This document shows, piece by piece, positions 38,723 through 49,361 of a DNA stretch of 64,000 bases; position 1 is the stretch's first letter; each line of letters begins with the position of its first letter. The notes below the pieces were generated by a model. It made no database searches, was not told the origin of the DNA, and saw only the letters and a program-made list of their open reading frames with translations. The position numbers and the translations under genes are program-made. Source of the DNA: Deinococcales bacterium (lineage in GTDB: Bacteria; Deinococcota; Deinococci; Deinococcales; JAAFIG01); contig JANNVX010000109.1 in NCBI GenBank assembly GCA_031414595.1, forward strand, positions 1 to 64,000, in the 5' to 3' direction.

Positions 38723-40924
38723 ATGTTTATTGATTACGCTTTGTTGATTCCCCTGCTTCCCGCGTTCGGCTGGCTGATCATTTCCTTGTTCAGCAAATCG
38801 CTGGGCGGCAAGGGTAGTGCGTGGTTGGCAACAACCATGATTGGCTTGAGTGCAGTGATTGCCATTGGTCTGTTCGCCGATTCGTTCTCGAGTGCGCCAG
38901 TCTGGAAAGCCGATACGCTGGGTAAAATTTATAAACTCGAGAAGGAAATTAAGGTTCTCGAGAAGGCAGAAAAAGCTGGGAAGCCAGAAACCGCCACAAT
39001 TGAACCGGGTTCTGAAGTCCCTAAAACTGAGGGCGAACACACCGCCAGCCCTGAGCTTTTAGCACTCGAGGAGAAGTTAAGTGAGTACAAAACCGAAGCC
39101 CTCGAGTCTCGAGCCGTTGGCGGTTTTCCGTTTACCAGAGACTGGACTTGGTTAGCCATTAAAGGCGAAGCAGGTTTACCATTTGGTTTATATGTAGACC
39201 AGTTAGCTGCAATTATGCTTTTAATGGTGACAATTGTTTGTTTTTTAATTCATTTGTTCAGCATTGGCTACATGGCGCACGAAGAACGCTATCCGACCTT
39301 TTTTAGTTATATCAATTTGTTTGCCGCCGCCATGCTTGCGATGGTGCTGGCGAAGAACTTATTCCATGTCTTGTTGTTCTGGGAAATCATGGGCTTAATG
39401 TCGTACCTTTTGATTGGCTTTTTCTATAAGAAGAAAAGCGCTCAACAAGCTCAGAAGAAGGCTTTTTTAACCGTGCGTATCGGCGACTTGGCGTTTATGG
39501 CTGGGTTGTTCTGGTTGTACAGTGTCTTTGGGACACTGGATATTCCAACCCTTCTTGCCACATCTCACAGCGACCTCGAGACCAAACTTGGTGGGGCAGC
39601 TTTTGGCATTGGCTTACTGCTCTTTATTGCTGCGGTTGGTAAATCGGCTCAGTTCCCGCTTCATGTCTGGTTGCCAGATGCAATGGAAGGTCCTACACCA
39701 GTAAGCGCCATGATTCACGCCGCGACAATGGTGGCGGCGGGTGTGTACTTGGTGGCTCGAGTTTACCCAATTATGGATGTTGGTGGAGTCCTACCAATTA
39801 TTGCATGGCTTGGGGGCTTTACGGCGCTGTTTGCAGCCAGTCTTGCGCCAGCCCAAGCCGATGCCAAGAAGATTATGGCGTTTAGTACGCTTTCACAATT
39901 GGGCTTGATGTTCATGGGCTTAGGTCTGTTCGGGTACGCAGCAGCGCTGTTTCACTTGCTGACTCACGCGTTTTTCAAAGCCCTCTTGTTCCTTGGTTCG
40001 GGTAGCATGATTCATGGTGCAGGTACGCAAGACATCTTTGAAATGGATAATTTATCCAAGTACCAAAAATACACTTGGGCGACGGTTCTGATTGGTTCAC
40101 TTAGCTTAATGGGTTTCCCACTCACGGCTGGTTTCTGGTCTAAAGACGAAATTCTGCATGTGGCTCAGAGTGCAAACCCAGCCCTGTACATCGTTGGTTG
40201 TGCAGTGGCGATTTTGACCGCGTTTTACACTACACGGATGTTTATTATTGCCTTCCACAAGCCCAAACAAGTTTCCCCGTGGGGCTTAGCCGCTTGGAAC
40301 AACGAGGGCGAACCAAGCCTAAACATGACCCAAGCCGAAGTTGAAGAACAAAAAAAGCACGAACATGGTCATGGTCATAGCGATCATCCGCACGAATCTG
40401 GTTCTGAAATGCTCATCCCATTGGTTAGCCTTGCAACCCTTGCGACGGTCATGGGTTTTGTTGGCAGTCCATTCGCTAATTTCTGGCTGCAACGCTTTGT
40501 CTATCACGGTGATGTGCCGCATGTCGCGCCGCTCGAGTCACTTTGGGCTGGGTTTATCATCAGTGCGATTTTGGTGGTGATTGGCGCAGGAGCATCTTAT
40601 GCCCTGTACTGGAATTCTGATGTGACCAAGGCTCGAGCGCCCGAATGGTTGACTCGAGTGTTGCAACGCCGTTATTACATTGATGATTACTTCTACGCGG
40701 GTCCTGCTAAAATTTCTAACGATATTCAATGGCTGTTTGCTTGGTTTGATAAGAATGTCGTGGACAAAATCGTTGACTTCGTTGGTGGGCTGGTGGTGGT
40801 GCTTGGCGATGCCTCGAGACGGATTCAAACAGGGGCTTTAGGTTGGTACGCAGGTCTGACTGTAATTGGTGGCTTGGCACTGATTCTTGCCTTTGCTGTT
40901 GCCTTTGCTGGAGGTGGCAAATGA
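38723..40924 (+). CDS. nuoL: NADH-quinone oxidoreductase subunit L
   Basis: WEIMGLMSYLLIGF, GKSAQFPLHVWLPDAMEGPTPVSAMIHAATMV, HAFFKALLFL. Confidence 0.97.
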   Translation: MFIDYALLIPLLPAFGWLIISLFSKSLGGKGSAWLATTMIGLSAVIAIGLFADSFSSAPVWKADTLGKIYKLEKEIKVLEKAEKAGKPETATIEPGSEVPKTEGEHTASPELLALEEKLSEYKTEALESRAVGGFPFTRDWTWLAIKGEAGLPFGLYVDQLAAIMLLMVTIVCFLIHLFSIGYMAHEERYPTFFSYINLFAAAMLAMVLAKNLFHVLLFWEIMGLMSYLLIGFFYKKKSAQQAQKKAFLTVRIGDLAFMAGLFWLYSVFGTLDIPTLLATSHSDLETKLGGAAFGIGLLLFIAAVGKSAQFPLHVWLPDAMEGPTPVSAMIHAATMVAAGVYLVARVYPIMDVGGVLPIIAWLGGFTALFAASLAPAQADAKKIMAFSTLSQLGLMFMGLGLFGYAAALFHLLTHAFFKALLFLGSGSMIHGAGTQDIFEMDNLSKYQKYTWATVLIGSLSLMGFPLTAGFWSKDEILHVAQSANPALYIVGCAVAILTAFYTTRMFIIAFHKPKQVSPWGLAAWNNEGEPSLNMTQAEVEEQKKHEHGHGHSDHPHESGSEMLIPLVSLATLATVMGFVGSPFANFWLQRFVYHGDVPHVAPLESLWAGFIISAILVVIGAGASYALYWNSDVTKARAPEWLTRVLQRRYYIDDYFYAGPAKISNDIQWLFAWFDKNVVDKIVDFVGGLVVVLGDASRRIQTGALGWYAGLTVIGGLALILAFAVAFAGGGK

Positions 40925-42456
40925 TTACGGCTTTAATTCTGATTCCGATTCTGGCGGCGATTCTGGCGGCGGTCTCGAGTACCGCCATTGCAAAACGTGT
41001 GGCAGTGGCTGCAAGTTTAATCACCACAATTGTCAGTGCGATCATGTACTTTTCGTATAACACAAGCGGCGGACAATTGGCGTTTGTTGAAAAAGTGCCT
41101 TGGATTCCTCAAGCTGGGATTGGCTACTTTGTTGGTTTAGACGGACTTTCCTTGCCATTTGTGTTTTTAACCGCACTGCTGACCTTGGTTTCGGTGCTGG
41201 CTTCTTGGGACGAAGAAAAAAAGAGTTTCTATGCGCTTTTTCTGGTCATGCAAGCTGGTGTGACAGGTGTTTTTGCCTCGCTTGACTTAATACTGTACTT
41301 CTTGTTCTGGGAAGTGGTCTTAATCCCGATGTTCTTTATTATTCTGGTTTGGGGTTACGAGAATCGCCGTTATGCGGGTATTAAATTTGTGATTTATAGC
41401 CTGACTGGTTCGGTGTTGATGCTGATTTCAATGCTGGCATTAGCCTTTGGTGTAGCCAGTGCCACAGGTAAACCACTTTCCTTTGACTATGAAGTGCTGC
41501 TTGCGAACCTCGAGACGATTAAATCCCTGCCGGGGATTGCCCTGATTTTCTGGGGCTTTATGATTGCCTTTTTGATTAAACTTCCCGCTTTTCCATTCCA
41601 TACATGGTTGCCTCATGCCCACACTGAAGCCCCAACGGGCGGTTCGATTATGCTGGCGGGAGTGCTACTCAAAATGGGTGGGTACGGCATTTTGCGTTTT
41701 AACCTTGGTTTAATGCCAGAGCAAATGCAGCAATTCCAGACGATTTTGGCAATTCTAGCCACGATTGGCGTAATTTACGGGGCGTATTGTGCAATGGCAC
41801 AAAAAGACTTAAAGCGGATGGTCGCGTACTCGAGTGTCAATCACATGGGTTATGTGCTGCTTGGGATTGTGAGCATGACCGCTATGGGCATTCACGGTGC
41901 GGTTTACCAGATGGTGGCGCACGGGATTATCACTGGCTTAATGTTTATGATGGTTGGCTTTTTAAGTCACCGCACCCACACAAGGGAAATCGCCAAGATG
42001 ACGGGTATGTACAATGCCATGCCAGTCTTGGGTGCAATTATGTGGATGGCATTTTTAGGCGGGCTTGGCTTACCGGGCATGGCTGGGTTTATTGGCGAGT
42101 ACACAGCGTTGTCTGGGGCGATTCAAAATCCTGCCACGGCAATTTATGGGTACATCAGTTTAATCGGCATTATTGTCACGGCTGGATTTATTCTCTATGC
42201 CGTGCAGCGTGTGTTGCTTGGGCGTAACCCTGCGGCAACCGACGACCATCACGGTCACGATGTACCCTCGAGCCACGGCGAACAAAAAGGGCATCACGAC
42301 CTCTCACCGCTTGAGATTGCGGCGGCTGCGCCTTTGGTGATTCTTGGGGTGGTACTTGGTTTGTACCCTGCGCTGCTCACGCCTTGGATTGATGGCAGCA
42401 CACAATTACTGCTCGAGACCGCCAAACGAGTCATGGCACTGGGAGGTGGACAATGA
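40921..42456 (+). CDS. nuoM: NADH-quinone oxidoreductase subunit M
   Basis: GLDGLS, FWEVVLIPM, FPFHTWLPHAHTEAPT, AYSSVNHMG; ATG overlaps the nuoL stop. Confidence 0.96.
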   Translation: MITALILIPILAAILAAVSSTAIAKRVAVAASLITTIVSAIMYFSYNTSGGQLAFVEKVPWIPQAGIGYFVGLDGLSLPFVFLTALLTLVSVLASWDEEKKSFYALFLVMQAGVTGVFASLDLILYFLFWEVVLIPMFFIILVWGYENRRYAGIKFVIYSLTGSVLMLISMLALAFGVASATGKPLSFDYEVLLANLETIKSLPGIALIFWGFMIAFLIKLPAFPFHTWLPHAHTEAPTGGSIMLAGVLLKMGGYGILRFNLGLMPEQMQQFQTILAILATIGVIYGAYCAMAQKDLKRMVAYSSVNHMGYVLLGIVSMTAMGIHGAVYQMVAHGIITGLMFMMVGFLSHRTHTREIAKMTGMYNAMPVLGAIMWMAFLGGLGLPGMAGFIGEYTALSGAIQNPATAIYGYISLIGIIVTAGFILYAVQRVLLGRNPAATDDHHGHDVPSSHGEQKGHHDLSPLEIAAAAPLVILGVVLGLYPALLTPWIDGSTQLLLETAKRVMALGGGQ

Positions 42457-43919
42457 TTTTTGTGGCATTGGTGTTCTTGATGATTTCGGCAATGGCAATG
42501 TTTATTGCAGCAACTTTTAAGGGCGCAGAGGAAAAACATGCGGGGCAGATTTTTGGTGGTATCAGCTTAGTGGTGTACGGCATCACGGCGTTGTTGGCAG
42601 CGATGGCTTGGAATGACACAACCGTACATTACGGGGTGATTAAGTCTGGTGGCTTGGCGACCCTTGGCACAATTATCATGTGCGGTATCGGGGCTTTAAC
42701 GGTCGGTGGTGTAATGGCTAACCCCGAAAAGTACAAGGCTGGTGTCGGTGAATTCTTTGGTTTTATTGCCTTTGTGGTTTTTGGTGGGGCAATTATGGTC
42801 AGCACCAATCATCTACTCGTGCTGCTGCTTGGTATTGAACTCTCGAGTTATGCGACTTATATTCTAGTGGGATATTACCGCGATGACCGCTTCAGCAATG
42901 AGGCTGCCAGCAAATACTTTTTATTAGGTGCAGTCGCCAGTGGCTTTCTGATTTTTGGCATGAGCCTTGTCTATGCCAGTGTGGTTTTTGTCAATGGCTC
43001 ACTCAGTTATGCTGACATTGGCAATACTTTGGCGGGTCTGGTCGGGCAGACGGTTGGTATTCCAGCCCTGATTTACCCCGGTATCGCCATGCTGCTGGTT
43101 GGCTTTGGCTTCAAACTCGCGCTTGCACCGTTTCACTCTTGGACTCCAGATGCCTACCAAGGCGCTCCGACGATGGTGGCGGCAATTCTTAGCGTTGGAC
43201 CTAAAGCGGCGGTTGTGATTGCGCTCTCGAGCTTACTGACCACAGCTTTTCCGGTGCCAGAACTCTCGAGTGCTTGGAAGAACGCCATTGCTGTCCTAGC
43301 GATTTTATCCATGACCATCGGCAACTTAATGGCATTACAACAAACCAACCTCAAGCGTCTGCTTGGCTTCTCGAGTATCGCCCAATTGGGTTATGTGGTG
43401 ATTGGTGTGGCAGTTGGCAGTTTAGACGGCACAAGTGCGGTTATTTTGTATATGGTTGGTTATGCTGTCACCAATATCGGTGCATTTATGATTATTGCTA
43501 CGCTGCGCGATTCTGGGGTCGGCGAAAACATCGAAGACATTGCGGGCTTGGTTAAACGCAATTCATTTGCTGCCGTGATGCTGGCTGGTTTCTTTATGGG
43601 TTTAGCTGGTGTACCTGTGCTGGCTGGTTTCCTCGGCAAGTTACTGCTTTTTAAGAGCGCTGTGGATGTTGGGATGGTGGCGCTTGCGGTGATTGCTGTC
43701 CTGAATGTTGTGCCAAGTTACTACTATTACTTTAGGGTGATTATCAGTGCAATTTTTAGTGAACCCAAAGACTCGAGAACCTTTGAACTGAATCCAACTG
43801 CCACGACGACGCTTGCGATAGCACTTGGGGCGGTGGTGTTGCTGGGCGTTTTTCCAACGCCATTACTAAACATCATCAACGAAGCCGTTAAAGTCCTACC
43901 ACTTTTTGCCGCTCGCTAA
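42453..43919 (+). CDS. nuoN: NADH-quinone oxidoreductase subunit N
   Basis: EAASKYFLLG, FKLALAPFHSWTPDAYQGAP, KRLLGFSSIAQLGY. Confidence 0.96.
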   Translation: MIFVALVFLMISAMAMFIAATFKGAEEKHAGQIFGGISLVVYGITALLAAMAWNDTTVHYGVIKSGGLATLGTIIMCGIGALTVGGVMANPEKYKAGVGEFFGFIAFVVFGGAIMVSTNHLLVLLLGIELSSYATYILVGYYRDDRFSNEAASKYFLLGAVASGFLIFGMSLVYASVVFVNGSLSYADIGNTLAGLVGQTVGIPALIYPGIAMLLVGFGFKLALAPFHSWTPDAYQGAPTMVAAILSVGPKAAVVIALSSLLTTAFPVPELSSAWKNAIAVLAILSMTIGNLMALQQTNLKRLLGFSSIAQLGYVVIGVAVGSLDGTSAVILYMVGYAVTNIGAFMIIATLRDSGVGENIEDIAGLVKRNSFAAVMLAGFFMGLAGVPVLAGFLGKLLLFKSAVDVGMVALAVIAVLNVVPSYYYYFRVIISAIFSEPKDSRTFELNPTATTTLAIALGAVVLLGVFPTPLLNIINEAVKVLPLFAAR

Positions 43920-43927
43920 GTAACCAT

Positions 43928-43959
43928 AAAAACACCCGTCTCAAGACGGGTGTTTTTTT
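43928..43959. terminator. Bidirectional intrinsic terminator after the nuo operon
   Basis: aaaaacacccgtc-tcaa-gacgggtgttttttt. Confidence 0.9.
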
Positions 43960-43972
43960 ATCGGGGCTACCT

Positions 43973-44605
43973 TTATTTTTTCTTACTGACAATATAAACC
44001 TTGGTCATTTTAGACGGCACGGCGGGTGGTTCGCCTTTGTTCAGGGCATTTAAGGCTTTTTCGCCCTCAAGTAAACGCCCAAAAATCGTGTGCTTGCCGT
44101 TTAAGTGCGGCGTTGGCACAAAGGTGATAAAGAATTGGCTGCCATTGGTGGCAGGTCCAGAATTTGCCATGGCGAGCAAATTTTTCTTATCAAAGGTCAG
44201 TTTGCTACGGAATTCATCACCAAATTGGTAGCCAGGTCCGCCAGTCCCAAGCCCAAGTGGGTCGCCAGTCTGTGCCATAAAATCTGGGATGATACGATGG
44301 AAAATAATGCCATCAAAAAATTTACTGCGGGCTAAAAACACAAAGTTGTTGACCGTCACGGGGGTGTCGTCCTCGAATAAATCCACCACAATTCTGCCTT
44401 TGTCGGTTTCGATGACAGCGCGGTAATCGGTGTTATCGGCTAGAACGTACTTGGAGGACTTAAAGGTGGTGATTCGGGTTTTACTCAAATCTGGCTCGAG
44501 CTTAAAGCCGGCTGGAACGTATGGCTTGGCGGTTTGCGCCAAAACCCCAGAGACTGCGACTGTTGCGACTGCCAAACCGAGTAACCAAGCATAGGATGTT
44601 TTCAT
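43973..44605 (-). CDS. Exported cyclophilin-type peptidyl-prolyl isomerase
   Basis: [42 protein letters not shown]; signal peptide. Confidence 0.95.
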   Translation of the reverse strand: MKTSYAWLLGLAVATVAVSGVLAQTAKPYVPAGFKLEPDLSKTRITTFKSSKYVLADNTDYRAVIETDKGRIVVDLFEDDTPVTVNNFVFLARSKFFDGIIFHRIIPDFMAQTGDPLGLGTGGPGYQFGDEFRSKLTFDKKNLLAMANSGPATNGSQFFITFVPTPHLNGKHTIFGRLLEGEKALNALNKGEPPAVPSKMTKVYIVSKKK

Positions 44606-44774
44606 CGCTCCTATTCTAAACTTCAAAAGCCTAGAATGTTGCAAGCCAAGATGAGGAAAAGTTTAAGGATTCTTTGCATTGCGGCAATTGGGTGTGGCAG
44701 ACTGTTCGAGAAGTAAAGGTTATGATATATTTAACCTAGTTAAATAATTTTTAGAGCTGGCTTTCGGAGGTTTT

Positions 44775-45158
44775 ATGTACAAAGGTCGAGAAGGACAATG
44801 GGCATTTTTTCTGCATCGCTTGTCTGGCGTTGCTATTTTGTTGTATCTGATTCTGCACACCGTTTCAATCGGTTCAACCATGTTAGGGGAAGGCGTTTAC
44901 AACACGGTTCACAAGATTTATGAATGGATGCCTTTTCGTCTTGGGCTAATCGGTGTGGCTGGGGCAGTGGCATACCATGCGTTTAATGGTTTACGAATTG
45001 TCTTAATGGATTTTACTGAATGGGGCGTGAAATACCAACGCCAACTTTGGTACGGTTCGTTGGTACTGGCAGGGTTGTTTATGCTTCTCACCCTTTATGC
45101 CAACCTGCCGCGTTTATTTTCGGAAGTCTTTACCTACACCACCATTTGGGGGCAATGA
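44775..45158 (+). CDS. sdhC: Succinate dehydrogenase cytochrome b subunit
   Basis: MYKGREGQWAFFLHRLSG, YHAFNGLRIVLMDF. Confidence 0.92.
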   Translation: MYKGREGQWAFFLHRLSGVAILLYLILHTVSIGSTMLGEGVYNTVHKIYEWMPFRLGLIGVAGAVAYHAFNGLRIVLMDFTEWGVKYQRQLWYGSLVLAGLFMLLTLYANLPRLFSEVFTYTTIWGQ

Positions 45159-45568
45159 TTATGGCAATTAAAGCAAGAAGATTTAAGGACGCAAAAGCCC
45201 AAGCCAAATCGAATCCCGAACTGGTCTGGTGGGTGTTTATGCGCCTTTCCGGGTCGGCTCTGGTGATACTGACTTTGTTTCATTTGTTCAAAAACCATAT
45301 TTCGGTAGACGAAGCCAGTTGGGATTATGAAAAAATCGCCTCGAGTTATGCCGATGGTTGGAACAAGTTGTACTTAGGGGCAATGCTCAGTTTAGGCTTA
45401 CTACACGGCGGCAACGGTATTCGTTATGTGATTGAAGACCTAACTGCCAAAAACCCTATGGCTCGAGTCTGGGCAAAGGGTATTGCTTTTGCTTTAATCG
45501 GTGCGGTACTGGTCTTTGGCTTACTGGCATTGATTGTAAAAATACCCATTCCGGGCGTGGATAATTAA
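45155..45568 (+). CDS. sdhD: Succinate dehydrogenase membrane anchor
   Basis: WWVFMRLSG, LHGGNGIRYVIED; between sdhC and sdhA (start 45155 or 45161). Confidence 0.88.
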   Translation: MIMAIKARRFKDAKAQAKSNPELVWWVFMRLSGSALVILTLFHLFKNHISVDEASWDYEKIASSYADGWNKLYLGAMLSLGLLHGGNGIRYVIEDLTAKNPMARVWAKGIAFALIGAVLVFGLLALIVKIPIPGVDN

Positions 45569-45667
45569 CTGGCTATTAGCGACTAGCTGCTAGTTATTAG
45601 CTAAAACCAAAAGCTAAAGCTCGAGACCAAGAGCTAGAAGCTAAAAGCTAGTCGCTAGAAGCTAAAA
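45566..45667. repeat. Short tandem heptamer-like repeats in inverted arrangement
   Basis: (tagc/gcta)-rich arms: ggctattagcgactagctgctagttattagct ... aagagctagaagctaaaagctagtcgctagaagct. Confidence 0.6.
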
Positions 45668-45676
45668 AGGAGTTTC

Positions 45677-47431
45677 ATGGAAGTTCATACACACGACGTA
45701 ATTGTTGTTGGCGCAGGTGGAAGCGGCTTAATGGCGGCGCTGTACGCCAAGAAAAACGCAACTGGCAGCGTTGCCGTTATCTCTAAACTTTACCCGACCC
45801 GTTCACACACGGGCGCAGCCCAAGGTGGTGTCGGGGCAGCCCTAGGCAACGTAGACGAGGACAGTTGGGAATGGCATATGTTTGATACGGTTAAGGGTGG
45901 CGATTACTTGACCGACCAAGACGCAGCCGAAATTTTTGCCAAAGATGTGATTGAAGCGGTGCTTGAACTCGAGCATATGGGGCTGCCTTTTAGCCGTTTG
46001 CCGAATGGGAAAATTGCCCAGCGCCGCTTTGGTGGGCATACCAGAGAATTTGGTAAAGCCCCAGTTCATCGCGCTTGTTATGCGGCTGACCGCACAGGGC
46101 ATATGATTTTACAAACCTTGTATCAGCAAAGCATCAAAGAAAGAGTCACTTTTTTTAATGAATTTGTGGTGCTGGATTTAATTCTCGAGGATGATTCAAG
46201 TGGCAAAGTCTGCAAAGGCGTGGTTGCTTATGAACTGGCTACGGGTAAACTCCATACCTTTCATGCCAAAAGCGTGGTCTTGGCTTCAGGTGGCAACGGA
46301 CGGATGTTCAAAGTCACCAGCAACGCCCATGCGCTGACTGGCGACCTGACCAGCATTGCCTACCGCCGAGGCATCCCACTCGAGGACATGGAATTTTATC
46401 AGTTTCACCCGACTGGGTTGTATAAACTTGGGGTACTCCTGACCGAAGGTGTGCGCGGTGAAGGTGGCATCCTTCGTAACTCGAGCGGTGAGCGCTTTAT
46501 GGAACGCTACGCTCCAACCATCAAAGACCTTGCGCCCCGCGATATTGTTTCGCGCAGTATGTATTTTGAAATTCGTGAGGGACGCGGTTGTGGACCGAAC
46601 AAAGATTACATTCACTTGGATGTGACCCATATAGACCCGAAAATTCTCGAGGAACGCCTACCTGACATCATGGATTTTAGCCGTACCTATTTAAGAGTTG
46701 AACCAACCAAAGAACCAGTACCGATTCAACCGACTGCCCATTACACGATGGGTGGAATTCCGACCACTTTGGATGGCGAAGTGATTTTCGGCACAACCAA
46801 TGACACCAAGGTACGCGGTTTATACGCGGCTGGCGAAGTGGCTTGTGTTAGCTTGCACGGCGCGAATCGCCTTGGTACAAACAGCTTAGGCGATTTAATT
46901 GTCTTCGGCAGACGGGCTGGTGTAGCTGCCGCCAAGTACGCCAACACCGCCGCCCTCGAGCCATTACCCAGCAATGCTGCTGGACGAGCCTCTGATTTGG
47001 TCAACAACACCAAAAATTCCAATGGTACAGAAAGTGTGGCTAAAATCCGCCTCGAGATGCAGCAAACTATGCAGGACAACGCCAGTGTCTTTCGCACCGA
47101 AGAAACCCTAAGTACCCAGGTCGAAATTTTACGCGGCTTAAACCAGCGCTACAAAAACATTGGAGTTTCTGACAAGGGTGAGCGCTTCAACACCGAACTT
47201 TTAGAAGCCATCGAACTTGGCTTTTTGCTCGATAACGCCGAAGCCCTTGTTCACAGCGCCCTAAACCGCCGTGAATCGCGTGGCGCACATGCGCGAGAAG
47301 ACCACACCGAACGCAACGATACGACTTTCTTAAAACACACGATGTGCTATCAGCTCGAGCCGGGCAGAACCGAAATCAAATGGAAAGATGTGGTACTGGG
47401 TAAATACGAACCAAAACCGAGAACGTATTAA
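45677..47431 (+). CDS. sdhA: Succinate dehydrogenase flavoprotein
   Basis: [18 protein letters not shown] (FAD-His), [22 protein letters not shown]. Confidence 0.98.
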   Translation: MEVHTHDVIVVGAGGSGLMAALYAKKNATGSVAVISKLYPTRSHTGAAQGGVGAALGNVDEDSWEWHMFDTVKGGDYLTDQDAAEIFAKDVIEAVLELEHMGLPFSRLPNGKIAQRRFGGHTREFGKAPVHRACYAADRTGHMILQTLYQQSIKERVTFFNEFVVLDLILEDDSSGKVCKGVVAYELATGKLHTFHAKSVVLASGGNGRMFKVTSNAHALTGDLTSIAYRRGIPLEDMEFYQFHPTGLYKLGVLLTEGVRGEGGILRNSSGERFMERYAPTIKDLAPRDIVSRSMYFEIREGRGCGPNKDYIHLDVTHIDPKILEERLPDIMDFSRTYLRVEPTKEPVPIQPTAHYTMGGIPTTLDGEVIFGTTNDTKVRGLYAAGEVACVSLHGANRLGTNSLGDLIVFGRRAGVAAAKYANTAALEPLPSNAAGRASDLVNNTKNSNGTESVAKIRLEMQQTMQDNASVFRTEETLSTQVEILRGLNQRYKNIGVSDKGERFNTELLEAIELGFLLDNAEALVHSALNRRESRGAHAREDHTERNDTTFLKHTMCYQLEPGRTEIKWKDVVLGKYEPKPRTY

Positions 47432-47495
47432 GCTATGAGCCTTGAGCTATGAGCTAAAATTCTCAAAGCTCAAAGCCCATAGCTCATAGCCTCTC
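47431..47495. repeat. Inverted heptamer tandem repeats
   Basis: agctatg agccttg agctatg agct ... agctcaa agcccat agctcat agc. Confidence 0.7.
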
Positions 47496-47509
47496 AAAAA
47501 GGAGTCTCC

Positions 47510-48211
47510 ATGCAAGCAATTTTTAAGATTCATCGTTATAACCCTGAAAAAGACAAAAAACCGTACTGGGCAGAATATACCCTCGAGGTTGACCCCAAAG
47601 ACCGAATTCTCGATATTCTTAATCAAATTAAATGGGAACTTGATGGTAGCTTATCGTTTCGGCGTTCTTGCGCCCATGGGATTTGTGGTTCGGATGCGAT
47701 GCTGATTAACGGCAAAAATCGTTTGGCTTGTAAGGTATTGATGATGGATTTAGGTGGGAATACGGTTACGGTAGAACCGATTCGCGGACTGAGTGTCGAA
47801 AAGGACTTAATTGTTGACATGACTCCGTTCTTTGAGAGTTACGAAGCGGTGATGCCGTTTTTTATCAACGACCAACAGATGCCAGAACGCGAACATATTC
47901 AAAGCCATGAAGACCGCGAGATTTATGATGCCAGTACCAAGTGTATTCTTTGTGCTTGCTGCACCACTTCCTGCCCGATTTTCTGGGTCAATGGAACGTA
48001 TTTGGGACCAGCGGCAATCGTTCAAGCTCACCGTTTTATCTTTGACTCGAGAGACACAGGTGGGGCAGAGCGCTTGGCTAAACTCAATCAAAACACAGGG
48101 GTTTGGCGTTGCCGCACCGCCTACAACTGCACCGAAGCCTGCCCGAGGGATATTCCGATTACTGATGTGATTGGGCAAGTCAAACGCGCTATTCTGTACA
48201 GCAGCATCTGA
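47510..48211 (+). CDS. sdhB: Succinate dehydrogenase iron-sulfur subunit
   Basis: RSCAHGICGSD, CILCACCTTSCP, CRTAYNCTEACP. Confidence 0.98.
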   Translation: MQAIFKIHRYNPEKDKKPYWAEYTLEVDPKDRILDILNQIKWELDGSLSFRRSCAHGICGSDAMLINGKNRLACKVLMMDLGGNTVTVEPIRGLSVEKDLIVDMTPFFESYEAVMPFFINDQQMPEREHIQSHEDREIYDASTKCILCACCTTSCPIFWVNGTYLGPAAIVQAHRFIFDSRDTGGAERLAKLNQNTGVWRCRTAYNCTEACPRDIPITDVIGQVKRAILYSSI

Positions 48212-48225
48212 TACTTAAGATAGGG

Positions 48226-48257
48226 GAGAGGAGCGTAACTTAATCTGCGCTCCTCTT
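48226..48257. terminator. Terminator-like hairpin between convergent genes
   Basis: agaggagcg...cgctcctct followed by tgttgttt. Confidence 0.6.
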
Positions 48258-48273
48258 GTTGTTTATAGACCAC

Positions 48274-49302
48274 TTAGCCTTCAAAGCCCAATAAAACATT
48301 GACCGCATTAACTCCAATTTCTTCAACTGCATACCCGCCTTCCATCACAAACAGGGTTGGTATACCAAGTTTTGCGATTCTCGAGCCAATTTTTAGGTAA
48401 TCGTTACTCTCGAGTAAAAACTGTGAAATCGGGTCGCCTTTGAAGGTATCCACACCCAATGACACCAGCACAACTTCTGGTGTGTACTGCTCGAGTTTCG
48501 CACAAGCAAGCTCTAAACTCGAGAACCAAGTTGTAAAATTTGTTCCGTGCGGCATTGGGTAATTAACATTAAATCCTTCGCCAGCGCCAATGCCAGTTTC
48601 ATCGACATAACCCAAAAAGTACGGATATTCGACACTTGGGTCGCCGTGCAAGTTCAGCACCAATACATCCGAACGGTCATAAAAAATACTTTGTGTGCCG
48701 TTGCCGTGGTGATAATCAATGTCCAGAATGGCGACTCGAGCCGCGCCAGAATCTAAAAAATACTGGGCTGCCACTGCCACATTATTAAAAAAGCAGTATC
48801 CGCCCATATAATCGGCTGCCGCATGATGCCCCGGCGGGCGACACAAAGCAAAAGCACTTCTCGCACCGTTTTTAATCAGTTCTGCACCGCTTAACGCCAC
48901 ATTGACACTGCTGGTAATGGCTGTCCAAGTCGTCGGTGTAATCGGTGCAGCCGCATCAAAGCTGTAAAACCCCAGTTTCGCCTCAATCGCCACGGGTTCT
49001 CGAGTCTGATTCATACCCCGTCCAGCCCAAGTGTACGGCAGCGCGTGCTTAGCATGACCAGCCGCACGCCATTCCATCCAAGCATTCTCGAGGAAATGCA
49101 CATAAGCGGGTGAATGAATGCGTTTGATTGGTTCAAGCCCAAAATCTTTAGGTGCGACAATCTCGCCTAAGTTTATGCTCTTAACTCGAGCCAGAATAAT
49201 CTCTGCCCGACGCGGCATTTCAAAAACGGGTACAAGCCCGTCTGCGATTAACTCAAAATCGCCGTGATGCAGTTTATGGTTTTCAGAGTAAATGGTTTTC
49301 AT
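48274..49302 (-). CDS. Acetylpolyamine amidohydrolase (histone deacetylase family)
   Basis: RPPGHHA, GGYCFFNN, LDIDYHHGNGTQ, EGGY; in a polyamine ABC cluster. Confidence 0.92.
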   Translation of the reverse strand: MKTIYSENHKLHHGDFELIADGLVPVFEMPRRAEIILARVKSINLGEIVAPKDFGLEPIKRIHSPAYVHFLENAWMEWRAAGHAKHALPYTWAGRGMNQTREPVAIEAKLGFYSFDAAAPITPTTWTAITSSVNVALSGAELIKNGARSAFALCRPPGHHAAADYMGGYCFFNNVAVAAQYFLDSGAARVAILDIDYHHGNGTQSIFYDRSDVLVLNLHGDPSVEYPYFLGYVDETGIGAGEGFNVNYPMPHGTNFTTWFSSLELACAKLEQYTPEVVLVSLGVDTFKGDPISQFLLESNDYLKIGSRIAKLGIPTLFVMEGGYAVEEIGVNAVNVLLGFEG

Positions 49303-49361
49303 AAATTAATGAAAGGAGGAAAGACAAAGGCGAAGGATTTTTCTTCTTTCCTCCTAAGCAC

